From NCBI GenBank assembly GCA_030390025.1, contig JASTWF010000341.1, positions 374,001 through 438,000 of the forward strand: a stretch of 64,000 nucleotides of DNA, written 5' to 3'. The stretch is from Squalus acanthias (lineage: Eukaryota). A program made the position numbers and the translations under genes. Positions 11,139 to 24,156 of the stretch are shown here, piece after piece. Position 1 is the stretch's first letter; each line of letters opens with the position of its first letter. The notes below the pieces were generated by a model. It did not search any database and was not told the DNA's origin. It saw nothing but the letters and a program-made list of their open reading frames with translations.

Positions 11139-12024
11139 GAGCATCTACATATTAGATATAAATTTGTTCGGACTATACAGGAAATGTTCAGCCTAACTAT
11201 TGTCACAATTTCTCTTGCTATTCAAATGATCATTATCAATAGGCACTTTGATATTGTTGCCAAGGACCTAATTGTGGAAGAACTAACAGGATAAATCCCA
11301 CATAGTTGTTAATAGCTTATAATTTTACTGGCCAAGATAATTTACTCAAGGGGAATAATATTGTTATGCCCTACAGGAAGTTTTATGTGAGTGTATTTTT
11401 GAATGTGCAGATCAAATGTACAAGAGTCTGGCCGCCAGATTTAGCAGCACAGTTTTACTGCTCACAGCCTATATTGAAGTCAGTCATGCAAGCAGCTAAG
11501 TAATCCAAAGCGCTCTCTGTTGGAGCATTGCAGAGTGCCCCACAATTTTCTGGTTAAACACTTGGTCTGTCACTCAAAATGACCGTAGGTTTTTCCTTGC
11601 TTAAATCTTTTCAGTGAATATTGTTGGGTGCTAAGTCGCAGAGCGTATTTGTCATTGTGTGTCAAAACAGATTCCACTTCCAAATCTTTGATTCTAATCC
11701 ATTTTTTGAACTGAAATGTGGTCCATGCAAACATGACCTTAAAAACAATTTGCATACAGGATTGCACATAATCTTACTAGTAGTTAAATAAATCTGAGTC
11801 TGTAAACAGTGACTTAGTGGAAAAATGATTATTGCAGAATATCTTGAACATGCATACAGTTTGTAAATCCATGCAATCTGATAATTCTTGGGAAGTTATG
11901 CTTCCTTAAAGTTTTCCATTTGCAATTAGTTTGGAGATAAAACTCTATTCCATTTTCAATAGGAAAACTTAAATTAACTATACCACTAAAAATTGTAAGT
12001 TTAAATTTTTCAGGGTGAAAATCA

Positions 12025-12157
12025 CGGGATAGAATTTCTGTGGGGGCTCTTCCGTTCTCCCATCGTAACGTTGGCCGTTTATGCCATTTCTCTGCGGTTT
12101 CTGCCAATCTTCCACCGAAGCTACGGGATGAGGTCGGAAGAACCCCCGTGGAAATGA
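12025..12157. mobile_element. Short palindromic MITE
   Basis: atttctgtgggggctcttc ... gaagaacccccgtggaaat form imperfect inverted ends. Related copies at about 15826-15985, 23183-23370 and 55915-56088. Confidence 0.5.
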
Positions 12158-12337
12158 CTAGCACATATTTTTAACGAGGTACATACTCCACAATGACTGT
12201 TGAATAAACTTCCACATGCTATTGCACCACAAAGTATCGAAGTAAATGATAGTGAAACCCAGGAGTCAAAAAGAGAATGCTTACTACTGTACTCCAGTTT
12301 ACTGGGATGTGCCACTTGCCGCCATGTGATTCTCCTC

Positions 12338-13440
12338 AAACAACAACAACAACTTGTATTTGTATAGCACCTTTAACGTAGTAAAACGTCCCAAGGCGCT
12401 TCACAGGAGTTTTATAAGACAAAAAATTGACACCGAGCCACATAAGAAATTAGTGCAGGTGACCAAAAGCTTGGTCAAAGAGGTAGGTTTTAAGGAGCGT
12501 CTTAAAGGAGGAAAGAGAGGTAGCGAGGTGGAGATGTTTAGGCAGGGAATTCCAGAGCTTAGGGCCCAGGCAACAGAAGGCACAGCCACCAATGGTTGAG
12601 CGATTATGATCAGGGATGCCCAAGAGGGAAGAATTAGAGGAGTGCAGATATCTCGGGGGGGGGGTTGTGGGGCTGGAGGAGATTACAGAGATAGGGAGGG
12701 GCGAGGCCATGGAGGGATATGAAAACAAGGATGAGAATTTTGATATCGAGGCACTGCTTAACCGGGAGCCAATGTAGGTCAGCGAGCACAGGGGTGATTG
12801 GCGAATGGGACTTGGTGCAAGTTAGGACACAGGCAGCTGAGTTTTGGATGACCTCAAGTTTATGTAGGGTAGAATGTGGGAGGCCAGCCAGGAGTGCGTT
12901 GGAATAGTCAAGTCTAGAGGTAATAAAGGCATGGATGAGGGTTTCAGCAGCGGATGAGCTGAGGCAATGTTGCAGAGGTGGAAATAGGCGGTCTTTGTTA
13001 TGCTGCAGATATGTGGTCGGAAGCTCATTTCAGGGTCAAATATGACACCAAGGTTGCGAACAGTGTGGTTCAGCCTCAGACAGATGTTAGAGAGAGGGAT
13101 GGAGTCGGTGGCTAGGGAACTGAGTTTGTGGCGGGGACCGAAAACAATGGCTTCGGTCTTCCCAATATTTAATTGGAGAAAATTTCTGCTCATCCAGAAC
13201 TGGATGTCGGACAAGCAGTCTGACAATTTAGAGACCGTGGAGGGGTCGAGAGAAGAGGTAGTGAGGTAGAGCTGGGTGTCGTCAGCGTACACGTGGAAAC
13301 TGATGCTGTGTCTTCAGATGATGTCGCCAATGCACAACATGTAGATGAGAAATAGGAGGAGGCCAAGGATAGATCCTTGGGGGACACCAGAGGTAACGAT
13401 GCAGGAGCGGGAAGAGAAGCTGTTGAAGGTGATTCTCTCC
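12338..13440 (-). mobile_element. L2-clade LINE 3' fragment (RT)
   Basis: GVPQGSILG, YADDTQLY, WMSRNFLQLNIGKTE, GPKLWNSLP...FKTLLKTYLF, and a (GTT)n tail at 12338-12354. Confidence 0.9.
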
Positions 13441-14039
13441 TCATCTTCAGTAGGCAGATTAAAAGTGCACTCCATCAGACCAGGGCTCAGCGTACAAACC
13501 AACAGACCATTTACTTAACATAGAACAGGTAAGTAAACAGTATTCATTGCAAACCAGTGTGTTTACAAACTATGCTATTCTATCCAATATATCAAATAGA
13601 ACAAAATGCTTCTCCTGAACTATCTCTCAACATAATATTGAACCTAGCAAACATTTGCTCAATTACATTTACATGGCCACACTACCACAGAGTAGGAGTA
13701 GTCTATTCTCCCTACTGGCCTCAGACTAACTCACCTCATAAATTCAGCCACAGAAATATTATTCCAAATCTTTTGATGGTGTACTGAAACAAAGCCCCAT
13801 TTAATAAAGCCTGCATTTCCTTTAACTGCAATTAGATTGGATAGTTATTCACCAGAATTATCTGTGATAGTTGGAACAGATATTTTGTCTATTCGGCTAT
13901 CAGGGACATTGCTCAACAAATTGACACACACTAATGTATGTTGAATACACAGGCGTGAATTAAATCCCCTTTTGTTCAACGGGAACAAGCCACAGACTTA
14001 CTAATTATAAATGTTGAACCACATAGCCAGAACTGGAGA

Positions 14040-14600
14040 ATGCAAGTCAGTGGAAATTACAACCAAACTGTACAGTGCTCTGGTCAGACCGCACTTTGAA
14101 TACTGCATCGAGTTCTGCTCGCAAGACACAAGGCTAACATTCAAGCGCTAGAAGCAGTGCAGAGAAGAGCCATGAGGCTTATTGTTATTGCCAAAGGGCT
14201 GGATTGTGAGGAAAGACTGGAGAGACTTTGGCTTTTCAGCCTGGAAAGGAGCCATCTGAGAGGTGATCATATAGAGATATATAAGTTAGTTAAAGGAATG
14301 GAAAAGGCTTTACTTTAAGAGTATTACTTTAAGTTGTGTCATGAGATTAGGACAAGTCGACACAGATTCAAGCTAGCAAAATTTAAAACTACTATCAGGG
14401 AAATTTTTGTTCACACAAAGAGTGTTAAGCATATGGAACAGGCTTCCAGGAAGAGTGGTGGAGGTGAAAACCCTGGAATCTTTTAAGAAATACAGTAACT
14501 GAATGCTGAAATGGAGGACCTCTAGCATCTCTCTAGATGGATCAGTTAAGATGTACCAAAAACCTTCCTCATCTGTAATTATCTCGTGGTGTTGTAATTA
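14040..14600 (+). mobile_element. Old CR1 LINE 3' fragment
   Basis: LYSALVRPHFEYCIEF...LEAVQRRAMRL and FFTQRV-like sequence, with many disruptions. Confidence 0.7.
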
Positions 14601-14898
14601 CATATACATGTTGTATTCAGGCAACCTATCTAGGTTTTAAGCTGTTGTGTTTTTGAAAGGGCTGATAAATTTCTGTCGTATTTCTGTTCCTCTGCAGCTC
14701 CAGTCTATGTTAATTATTCTACTTAACAAAGTTGATATGGAAAGTATCAAGAAACTAAAATGCTTCAGTTATCACAAAAATCCATTGGCACTAATAATGT
14801 CATCCACCAGTGTTACTTAACTAGATTACCTAATAAATTAGCTGCTTCAGTCATTAAAATATTATTACTGTAAGCTATGTGGTTAACATTTGAACATC

Positions 14899-16724
14899 GG
14901 CCAGAATTTTCCTTACCTTGGTGGGTCCGGTGCCCGTGGCGGGTCACGACCCCACTGCTGGCTCCATCCCACTGTAGAAAATGAACTTACCTTAATGGGG
15001 TCTATTAAGCCTGCCCAGCACGTTACCCAGCCCAATTAGATGGAGCAGGTCTGGTGACGTCATTCATGACGCGTTTTAAGCCGGGATCCTTAAAGGGACC
15101 CTGACCACATTAAATTTTAAGTTTTTCTAACATAGTGGGTGTTGAATCTTTACTGTACAATAATATAATAAAAGTTATATATGAGTGACAAAGAAGTATT
15201 TAAATAATATTATCATTAAGTAACATGACGCCATCTACAAATACGATCAAGAACATAATTTAAAAAACACATTACAGGAAACTTTCGTTTATCCGGCATC
15301 GACGGGACCGGCGTGGTGCCGGTTTATCGAAAGTACCGGATAACAGAGAGTTATATCTACCGAGGCTATTTTTAACAAAGAGACTCCAAGCAGCACGGGA
15401 GAATCTACTCATGCTACTGCAATGTTTCGGACTTGCGACAGCGCCAGGAGGCCGAGTAGTGGCACTTTTGAAAAGTACCCCTACTGACTAAATCGGCGTT
15501 CGCGGACTCAGACTCGGACTCGGGATCGGCAACATTGCCGGTTATTTGAGAGGATTTTTCGGAGCACTCGGCGTTCGCGGAGACTCGACTGCGACTCGGC
15601 AACATTGCCGGTTATTTGAGAGGAGTTTTCGGAGGATGATTTTTGCCGGTTAAGCGAGAATTCCGGATATTTGGGTGCCGGATAAACGAAAGTTTCCTGT
15701 AATTGGGAAGTTATTGGTGCATTAGTCACAAATCTATAGACTTTTGTATCAGTAACTGGTACAAATAAAAGATGTGTGTTTATAGGTAATACATAAAATT
15801 AAGCAGATTTTAAATGTAATTGTAAAGGGGTGGATTTACAATCTTATGCAAGTTCAGCGGAAGAGCTGCGGAATCCCTGACAAACAGTGTAAGTGGTGCT
15901 TACAATGTGTTTCTGGGATTTCTGCAGCTCTTCCGTTGAAGTTAACAATGGACAAGTGAGAGAACCTCTGCAGAAATTCACCCTAAAGTCTCAAACTGAA
16001 AAATTAAATTCAGGGACTGAAAGCAAATTGAACCAGTGGAATGAGTGACGAGAATTAAATCGTTATGGTTAATGACTTGATTTAATCTGTAACTGGACAA
16101 TCACAGTATACTGTAAGAAAAACCTGACCAAAAACAACACAAAAATTTATTTAAATGGTATATTTCATTTTTTATAGTGCAGATCAATTCACTGCAATTA
16201 CTGTTGAGTTGGAAGGTAACAGCCGAGAATGGCCAGTGAAAATGTATTTCCCTCACCATCCAAGGTAGCACTTACATCCGTTCAGGAATTTCTGAATTAA
16301 TATTTACCAGTAGCTTTTCAAGTAGAACAGAATCTCCTTCAATCTGTTAGCTGATGTAATCAACATGTTTTTATTTTGGTTTGTTTTCCATGCTGTCAAG
16401 TAATCAGCTGGAGCAATGGCTAAGGAACTCACGCCTCAGGTTGATAGACATGGTTCCCGAATTGTGTGAATCTCGTGGCCATGCAGGGAAATTTAAAAAG
16501 TAAGGGGGAAAAGGCTCTTAAGTGCCTGTAAAGTACCTCATAATGATTTCAGTTGGGTCCCCCGCCGCTGCAGGTCGGGTCGGCTCCACGATGACAGACG
16601 TGCCTGTGGGAAAGACGCGTGGGAGCGAGATGACAGTGGGTTCCCAACCCGCTGTCAAAAATAACAACTTTCCCACCCGACCCGCCACCAATCTCGCCCG
16701 CTAGCACCCCAGAAAATTCAGCCC
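14899..16724. mobile_element. Possible Harbinger-like element, or two separate GC-rich end fragments, enclosing a Tigger MITE
   Basis: The ends ggccagaattttc and gaaaattcagccc are imperfect inverted repeats with GC-rich subterminal blocks. The interior is AT-rich and unassigned. Confidence 0.4.
15275..15699. mobile_element. Tigger/pogo-type MITE
   Basis: Perfect 24-bp TIR caggaaactttcgtttatccggca / tgccggataaacgaaagtttcctg, TA on both flanks. The interior matches both ends of the 46683-49073 element. Confidence 0.93.
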
Positions 16725-17259
16725 ATAGTTTTTCGTGAAAATAATATTTGTGTATTATTGCAACCTGTAATTACAGTTGCCAATTACTGTGTAAACTTCA
16801 ACACTGGGTGTATATTTTTGACTTTGCAGGGGCTGCAGCATGAGGTAAAACATCTTGTAAAGGAAGAAACACCTGGGTTGGCAAATATTTAACAAATTTT
16901 ACTTGAGTGTAAGCACCCAGATGTGGAACAGGTGGTGAAGGCTTTAAAGCTGGAGTTGGTTATTTCATAAAGCAGAACAAAGTGGTTGTAAGCTTTGTAT
17001 CATAATTTATCTGAGTCGCAGATGAAAGGTTTTAGACAGCGTAAGGATTAAACTAAGTTTTTTTATCACCACTCTGAAGCATTCACAATATGTTTTGATT
17101 ACTTTAATAACCTCAGCTTCAAAACATGGGCTCTCTCTGAGGAAAAGCCATAAAAATAAGATGACCCCATCTGTTTAGTGATAAAATCTTAAGATGTTAG
17201 GTACAAGGTGTGGATAAAAAAACACTCAAATGTAATTTGTCCTCTTTCTTTCACAGACC

Positions 17260-17344
17260 ATGTCGGGCCTAGCTGATGAGACAGCAGGAGACCTCCCTGT
17301 GAAGGATGTAGGCATGAGCCTGGCTGGAATTGGTGGATTGCAAG
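17260..17344 (+). CDS. RPGRIP1L: RPGRIP1L first coding exon (exon begins at 17257)
   Basis: ttcacag|accATG; translates [28 protein letters not shown] (human as recalled: [16 protein letters not shown]). 85 coding nt, donor gttgga. Confidence 0.95.
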
Positions 17345-18129
17345 GTTGGAGGCACCTGCTAGTCATTACCAGAACATACTTTGATCAGTGTATCCATTAG
17401 TTTTACTTTGTAATCTCTTCCTTTTATGGTATCAGTGATCCAAATGGTCAGGGTTTACTGATTAAAGCCACTATTGAACATCAGCTGGTACTGATTGTAC
17501 CCTTCACCTGCCTTGTAGAAGGAGAGATTTAGTCTTGTTTCATGATTCTATGTCTCCGTAACATCCTGTTACCATAAACAGAAGTCATTTTGATCGCTAT
17601 TTTAAAACTTACATTTCCTTTCTTCCCTTTTCTGTTAGGGAGATTTTGCATGAAAAATTTTAAGGAGACATTTTACTTAAACTGATTCCATATGGGATCC
17701 TGATATTCTTGGATACTTATTTGCAATAATCTGCCTTGGACAACAATGGAGTCAGAATAGTGGGACTCAGTATTTTAGGTCATTATTTTTTTAAGACTTG
17801 TTGCCTTGGCCATTTACTGCACATACATTTCAGTGTGTGGTACCAGCTAACTTGTGTAGCTTGTCAGTGAGTGTTGCTGCCTATGTCATAAGCAGAAACA
17901 GGCAAAACTTCCCAAATGAACCTCAAGCTGTGAGTGACAAATTAAGTGTGAAAGTCCAAAAGCGTGTGGAGTTTAACCTCAGCAGAGTTCAGCTTTAGAT
18001 GAGGGTCCTCATTTAGATGCAGTTCGAGGGGAGGTTTTCTTTTCATAATACATATGTGAAGAGAGCAAGCAGAGTTTGATTCTTGAGAGTTTGGTGCAGA
18101 TGGGAATTTAAACTGTCTACATTTTTATG

Positions 18130-19760
18130 TTAGACACAGAAGGGGTGGCATTGTAGGGATCCCTTGTGATGTGTCTGGAGTACAACATGTGTCATCATGG
18201 ATCCTCAATGTATCTAGGAACAAAACATTGCACTGTGTCAAAAAATCGAGTCTCTTGAAATGAGGAGCTCTGTGCTTGAACAGCAATTAGCCATGCTCCA
18301 CAGCATTAGAGAGAATGAGGGGTTTTTGGTTCTTACTCTCCAGAATGTAGTAGACAGTTCAGGACACAGGTATAGTGTAGACAGAGAGAAGACAGTGAAG
18401 ATCCGCAGGGGAATTAGAAGCAGGCAGTAGTCGCGAGTGCAGGAAACTCCCACGTTACTGGAAATGACCAATAGATACATAATATTGGGCAAGTATGAGG
18501 TGGACAGTAATAGTGACTCAGAGGAGGATGATCCTGAGCAGTATTGTGGCATGAAGCAATGGACTACCCAGGGGTGAGGCAAGTAGACTACAAGAATAGC
18601 AGAGTTGTAACAGTGAGAGATGGCACAAACATGGATGTGTTGGGTATAGTTGAATGCCTAGCCTTTGTAAAGTCACGCGTGTAGACTTATTTGTAGTTGT
18701 GACTGGGAGTCCCAATTGGTATGTTGCATCCCTGGTGCCAAAATGAAGGACATCACAGAATGGGTGGGAAAACTTCTGTAAAGGGAGAGATAGCAGCCAA
18801 AAGCAGTCATGGTCCATATCGGAACAAATGACATTTGAGGTCTTGCAGAGCGAGTATAAAGAGTTCGGCACTAGATTCAAAAACAAGACTTTAAGAGTGA
18901 CTGTCCTAGAGCCGACAAGATCCGGGTGCAGCGAATGATTCCTACGCCTGAATGGATCGGCTAAAGGCGTACCTGATATTAGGCCTCGGGCCTCATTTAA
19001 ATGAGACTGGCGAGCTGTTGGGTGTCCCCAGGCAACTCACCTGCAAAGAGGCTTGGAATTTGATGCAGCGGTCTCGTGTAAGTTCTTGGAAAGGAAGGTT
19101 ACCAGGAGGGGTTGATTAGGAAGGAAAGCGGCTGGGAAGGAAGGCCAGCAGCAGCCCTTGGTTTTAATGTAGAGCCAGGGGGAGGATTCCTGCACCTCCT
19201 AGTTCCACATTCAGGTAAGTTTCTTCAAACTTACCTTTTTGGTGGTGACCTCCAGTGATCCCTTTAATGATCGCTGATTAGGCCACATGTAGACCTGGTT
19301 TTCCTGAATGCAGTCCACCCGGCTCCAACTGCACTCGGGGTACCCAGTTTTGCACAGGGCGCCTCAGACAGGCATAAGACACTTTATTTACATATACAAA
19401 GGGCCTGCCGCCTATTTTTGTGCCTATACCAATATGGTGGGTGGTGCACTTCTGGCTTGCAATGAATGCACACCATTTTGGAGGTTTAGGAACCCGTCTG
19501 TGCCTGAAAAACCGGTGCAGCGCCATCGAATTTCTAGCTGTAATTTCCAAATTGCTAACTGTGTCATGCACTGGACAGGTTAAGGAGAGGCATGGTCGAC
19601 AGCTGGCTGTAGGTTTGGTGCAGGAGGTAAGCATTCCCATTCTTGGGGCATTGGAGCGAGTTCTAGAACAAGGGAAGTGTGATTGCCTTCGCCTGAACTG
19701 AAGCAGCGCCAACGTCCTTTATGGAGAAGGTAAATAGAGTACTGGGGAAGGATTTAAATG
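18130..19760 (+). mobile_element. Degraded CR1 ORF1 (esterase-like) region, interrupted at about 18903-19540
   Basis: CCIPGAKMKDIT...VMVHIGTND before the insertion and a DCLRLN*SSANVL (DGLHLN-like) motif after it. Confidence 0.6.
18903..19540. mobile_element. Non-autonomous Harbinger-like DNA element
   Basis: Shares tattaggcctcgggcctcattta...ggcgagc and ccctttaa..a..gctgattaggcc blocks with 35140-35540 and 45687-46230. Ends in gaatttctagc. Confidence 0.5.
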
Positions 19761-20833
19761 AGTATGGCAGGAGGTGGGGAAAGTGGGCCTGAGACTAGAG
19801 AGGGAAGGCAGGATTAATGAAGCTATTGGATTAGAGGCAGAAGGCCTAGCTGAAAAAAATATTATCAGAGCAGAAAGGGAACAATGAGGCTATAAGGTAG
19901 TGCGAAATAAAAACATTTGTAGAAGGAATAAGGTATATCAGAAAATTAAATGATGAAACCAGGAAACCAGATAAGGGTCAGTATTGCAAAAGATTGGAGT
20001 CAGGATTGAGTGGTATGCATATGAATTCATGATTCCACCAGAGTAGAATTTCATGATGTTCTGAGGGGAATTTCACAAAAAGGTCTCCCTCCAGGCTGCC
20101 TGTATTTATCAGTTTTCTTCCCCAACCCCTTTTACTCTCCACAGAAAAGCTCATGGACTGCAATCCCTTGATGGCATGGCTGTTGTCAGGGAATTGCTAG
20201 ATGTAGATGTTGCCTGGTGACTTACCACAATGTGACACAGCTTGTTGGGCACAAAAGTGCTGTGCCACCACCTTACCACAATGCTGAATTGCTGGTTTTA
20301 GTTTCCTTGTTTGAAAGGAAAACTCAAGATACGTTTGAAATGTTTTGTTCTCACTCTCAAAATTAAGTCATTACAGATACAATGTTCTATGCACAGAGGC
20401 AGTGAGTTAGTTTGGAAACCTTACAACGCCAGCTTAGAACACACAATGTCAGCCATTGCAGTATTAATGTACTGTTAATTAGTGCTTTAGTTTTCAGTAT
20501 GTCACTGGATGGCAATTGCCCTACTGTGCATCTCTCTTCTGATAAATACCACACTAATTGACTGTCTAGAACACTTTTTTGGGCACTTTCCCCTATGTTA
20601 TTCTATTAATTGGAACAATATACAATAACTCCCCACAGCAAAACCATATCATGGAAGTCAGGGACAACCACTAACAAATACAGACTGTCATGGGAGTCTC
20701 TCAGTTCGAACATATTGCTGATAATTTTGAAATATTGAAATCGAGCCTTAATACTAAATCATCTGCCCGATTGTACAACATCTAATAACAATGTAATTAT
20801 AATAAGTGACTCGATCATTCCTTCTAATCACAG

Positions 20834-20978
20834 AATCATCTGGTGCACAGAACACTAGAGCTCGTCAAGCAGTGTCTCGTATCTGCCGAGAAGAGTTGGA
20901 GGATCGCTTTCTTCGGCTTCATGATGAAAACCTTTTACTCAAACAGCATGCACGAAAACAAGAAGATAAAATTAAAAG
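20834..20978 (+). CDS. RPGRIP1L: RPGRIP1L coding exon 2
   Basis: cacag|AA...AAG|gttgga, 145 nt; [41 protein letters not shown], in phase with both neighbours. Confidence 0.97.
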
Positions 20979-21179
20979 GTTGGAATTCCTGTTAATTTCA
21001 TTCGTTAATGACGAAAATGTTCTTTTCTCTACCATCAGCTATTTAACAAATGCTAAGAAAGTATCTGTCTGGTTGTTAATGATCTTCTAACACTATCGTC
21101 TAATGTGGTACATTGTTTCAAGAAGACAAGTGAAGGTATTTATCATTTTAAAACCTTTTTGCGAATTCAACTGTCTTAA

Positions 21180-21580
21180 TGCCCCCCTCCCAATTTTTCA
21201 CCCAAAAGCACAGACCTATGCTATGGTATGGTTCTATGGGAGCAAGTAATCGAGCACTACCTCTCCCAAATAGCCATTTTTCACATGTGAGCCCATTGAC
21301 TGCTGGCAGGCTATTTGATCTTGAGGAACATCATAGCTGAGTCATTCTGGTCCTCACCTGATGTCCACATATGCATATTTGTCAGCAAGGGTCACTGGAT
21401 GGAAATGAGAAGTTGGGACTCTGGCTGATTTTTTTCTTTTCTTCCCTCCCTAACCCCGGAGCACCGAGACCCTTTGTAATTCCCAAATTGCAGCTCCAGC
21501 TGAGCTCAGCTAACTCAGCACAGACTGAGGATTTAACCTCAAACCCTTCTGGTCTGTATGGCTTCAATTGCCAATGAAAA
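21180..21580 (-). mobile_element. Old SINE-like repeat
   Basis: On -, gaagccatacagaccagaagggtttgaggttaaatcctcagtctgtgctgagttagctga resembles a degenerate tRNA head. A weakly related fragment lies at about 59750-59880. Confidence 0.45.
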
Positions 21581-21767
21581 CTTATGCTTCTAGTTGTAGG
21601 CAAATTGGTTATACCTCTAGTGTCCTTAAAAAGAAAGACTGTATACCGGATATGGACAAAAGAGCACTGAGTGCCTCACCCAAGTGAACAGTATTCATGT
21701 GAGAGCATTGAGGTTGTCAGGATGACTACATTCAATGAAATGAAATCTTCTCATGTCTGGATGCATG

Positions 21768-22448
21768 CAAATTAGGATGAGGAAAGATCTCTGTCTCTCT
21801 CATCTTAATGAGATTTCTAAGGTTTATACAACACAAAGCAAAAGTTACAGCAGGTATGCAATAAGTAGTCGGTCTTTTTTGTATTTTTAAAAAAGTACAT
21901 AGCCTGTCTGTTTTGCATGCAAGAACCACATGGAAACATTTGAACAGAACACAGTTATTAATTGGAGTGAACAGTAATGTCTAAAATAAGGGGCTAGACA
22001 AAATTAAAAAGTAAAAAATTACATACAACACGATAACATAATTAAACTTAACCACATTTGTCTTTTAATAAAAAAATTATTTGAAGGCCTCGCCTGTCCT
22101 GAAACCTGGACTTGTGATATTGTTAGCTTAATTCAGATTAAGTCGTCTGAGTATATGTAGTGCACCCACTTTCTGAGGATGCATTGGTACCATTTAGTAG
22201 TTGAGCTGCTGGAATATTTATAGCTTCCAGCAGTTTGTGCTCAAGTGTTTTTCAGAATTATTTGAAGAAAAATTAGGGAACAAAATTCAAAAACTTTATT
22301 CAAAACAGATAGGCTATGTGCTTTTTAAAAAATATAAAAAAGACCGACTACTTATTGCACAGCTGTTGTAACTTTTGCTTTGTGTTGTATAAACTTTAGA
22401 AATCTCATTAAGATGAGAGAGGCAGAGATCTTTCCTCATCCTAATTTG
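21768..22448. repeat. Inverted repeat: 148-bp arms (21768-21915 and 22301-22448), 385-bp spacer
   Basis: caaattaggatgaggaaagatctctg...ctgttttg versus its reverse complement; about 9 mismatches by manual comparison. Confidence 0.92.
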
Positions 22449-24156
22449 AGAAATTGAGTTCATTTATCAAATAAAAACAAATTATTTGAATTTTGAAGCA
22501 AACTGCCTTTAATTACCACATCATTACTACTTTTATTATTTTGACAGTTTAAATGTTATTCTAATTAGTTTCTAATTAGCTTCGAGTTAGCACCTGATTA
22601 TTACCTTTTATGTTAAGAATTAGAAAATGTTAAGATCCTAATCAATGACATCTGTGAGACACCAAGAGAGCAGGGTAATAAAAGAGGGGGATATAGTGTC
22701 TTTCCATATCTAATTACCACCTGTGTTTTGCATATACTAATCAGCATATTAAGATTTTATTACAGCTGTGAGTGAGTGAGAAACACATAGATGGACAGAC
22801 AGACAGACACAGAAAAGATACATGCTTAAAGACCCATCAGAAATCACCAAATTCAGTGTTAACAAAGATCCCTTAGAAAATAACAAGCCAGTGCTGCTAC
22901 ACAGGGGATCCCTCCATCCAATGTTGCCAGGCCCATGTCCTGCCCCTCTCCTCACTGCTGACAGACACTACAAATCTACCAGTAACTTCAGGTTTGGCTT
23001 TCACAGTCCTGCCAAACCCAGGGTTTACTATGCACAGGGATCCTCAACCCAGTTCTGACAAACTCAGGACCCTTCCCATGTACTACTAAAGCCCAGGACC
23101 AGTGCTGCCAAATCTCCAGACTGCCTCTTTTGCTGCTAAATTCTATTCTCTCCCCTCAGTATTGCTAACTACCATGGGATAGTATTCATTTGGGGGTTCC
23201 CCGATCTCCCGCCATAACTTTGGCAAAAGAGCAGTGGAAACCGCAGAGAAACAGCGCAAACAGCCATTTATGCATTTTCTCTTGGGTTTCCGCCAGACCT
23301 CTGCCGATGTTATGGCAGGAGATTAGGGGAGAATCCGCACAGAAGTTAATGCCGCAGACATCTACCTCCAAGTAGTGCATCTTGCACACCATCTTGCTGT
23401 GTGATCTCAGCTTAAAAATGGTACGGGATGAAAATGAAATACATAGGTAAAGAAATAAATATAAAATAAAAGGCCACACATTTACGGTTTTCATAGAATA
23501 ATGGATTGAGTTGTTAAATATAATCTCCCAATCAGAAAAAAAATCCAAAAATGCTATTAAAAGCATAGACTTATTTAGTCACTAAATCAGTGCCCTGATG
23601 TTATCCCATACATGGAACAAGCATCTGAATCCTATGACTCACTGTGAGCAATGCCATGGGAGATGCACTAGTTACAAAAGAAAATTATGCTGGATGTCAA
23701 GCAGTAACATTACTTTAATAAAGCTGTTGTATCTCAGCTTAACTTCTTAACAGATAATCACATTATTTGCAGGGCAATCTCTTTATCTGTGAACAGTGTT
23801 GAGTGTACAAGGAGTTAAATTAAACACTAATAAAAAGTCTAATAAATTTTGCCTAATCCTGTGAACTGAAATTTCCATTACCCGTTCATTTATCCTGAAG
23901 TTATTTGCATCTATAAGCTTCCTGACTATACTTACAAAAAACATATTTCAACAAAGAGGAAGAGTTTAACCAATGTTGCTAATTATTTTTGTTTCAAACT
24001 TAGTTGATGTTTGAAGGTAATTCAACATGTGTTTTTCTCCTATCTCGTCTGATGTATATAAATATATTTCGATTCACTGTTGCCCACTTAAATCCAGCAC
24101 TTGACATATGCCCCATCATAGCAAATCACACACCTTAAACAAATAAATGGAAACAT

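Noticed and set aside
1..17256. FTO exons or the bidirectional RPGRIP1L/FTO promoter
   Set aside because: No FTO-like peptide was recognised on -, and the CpG-rich patches here are explained by transposons.
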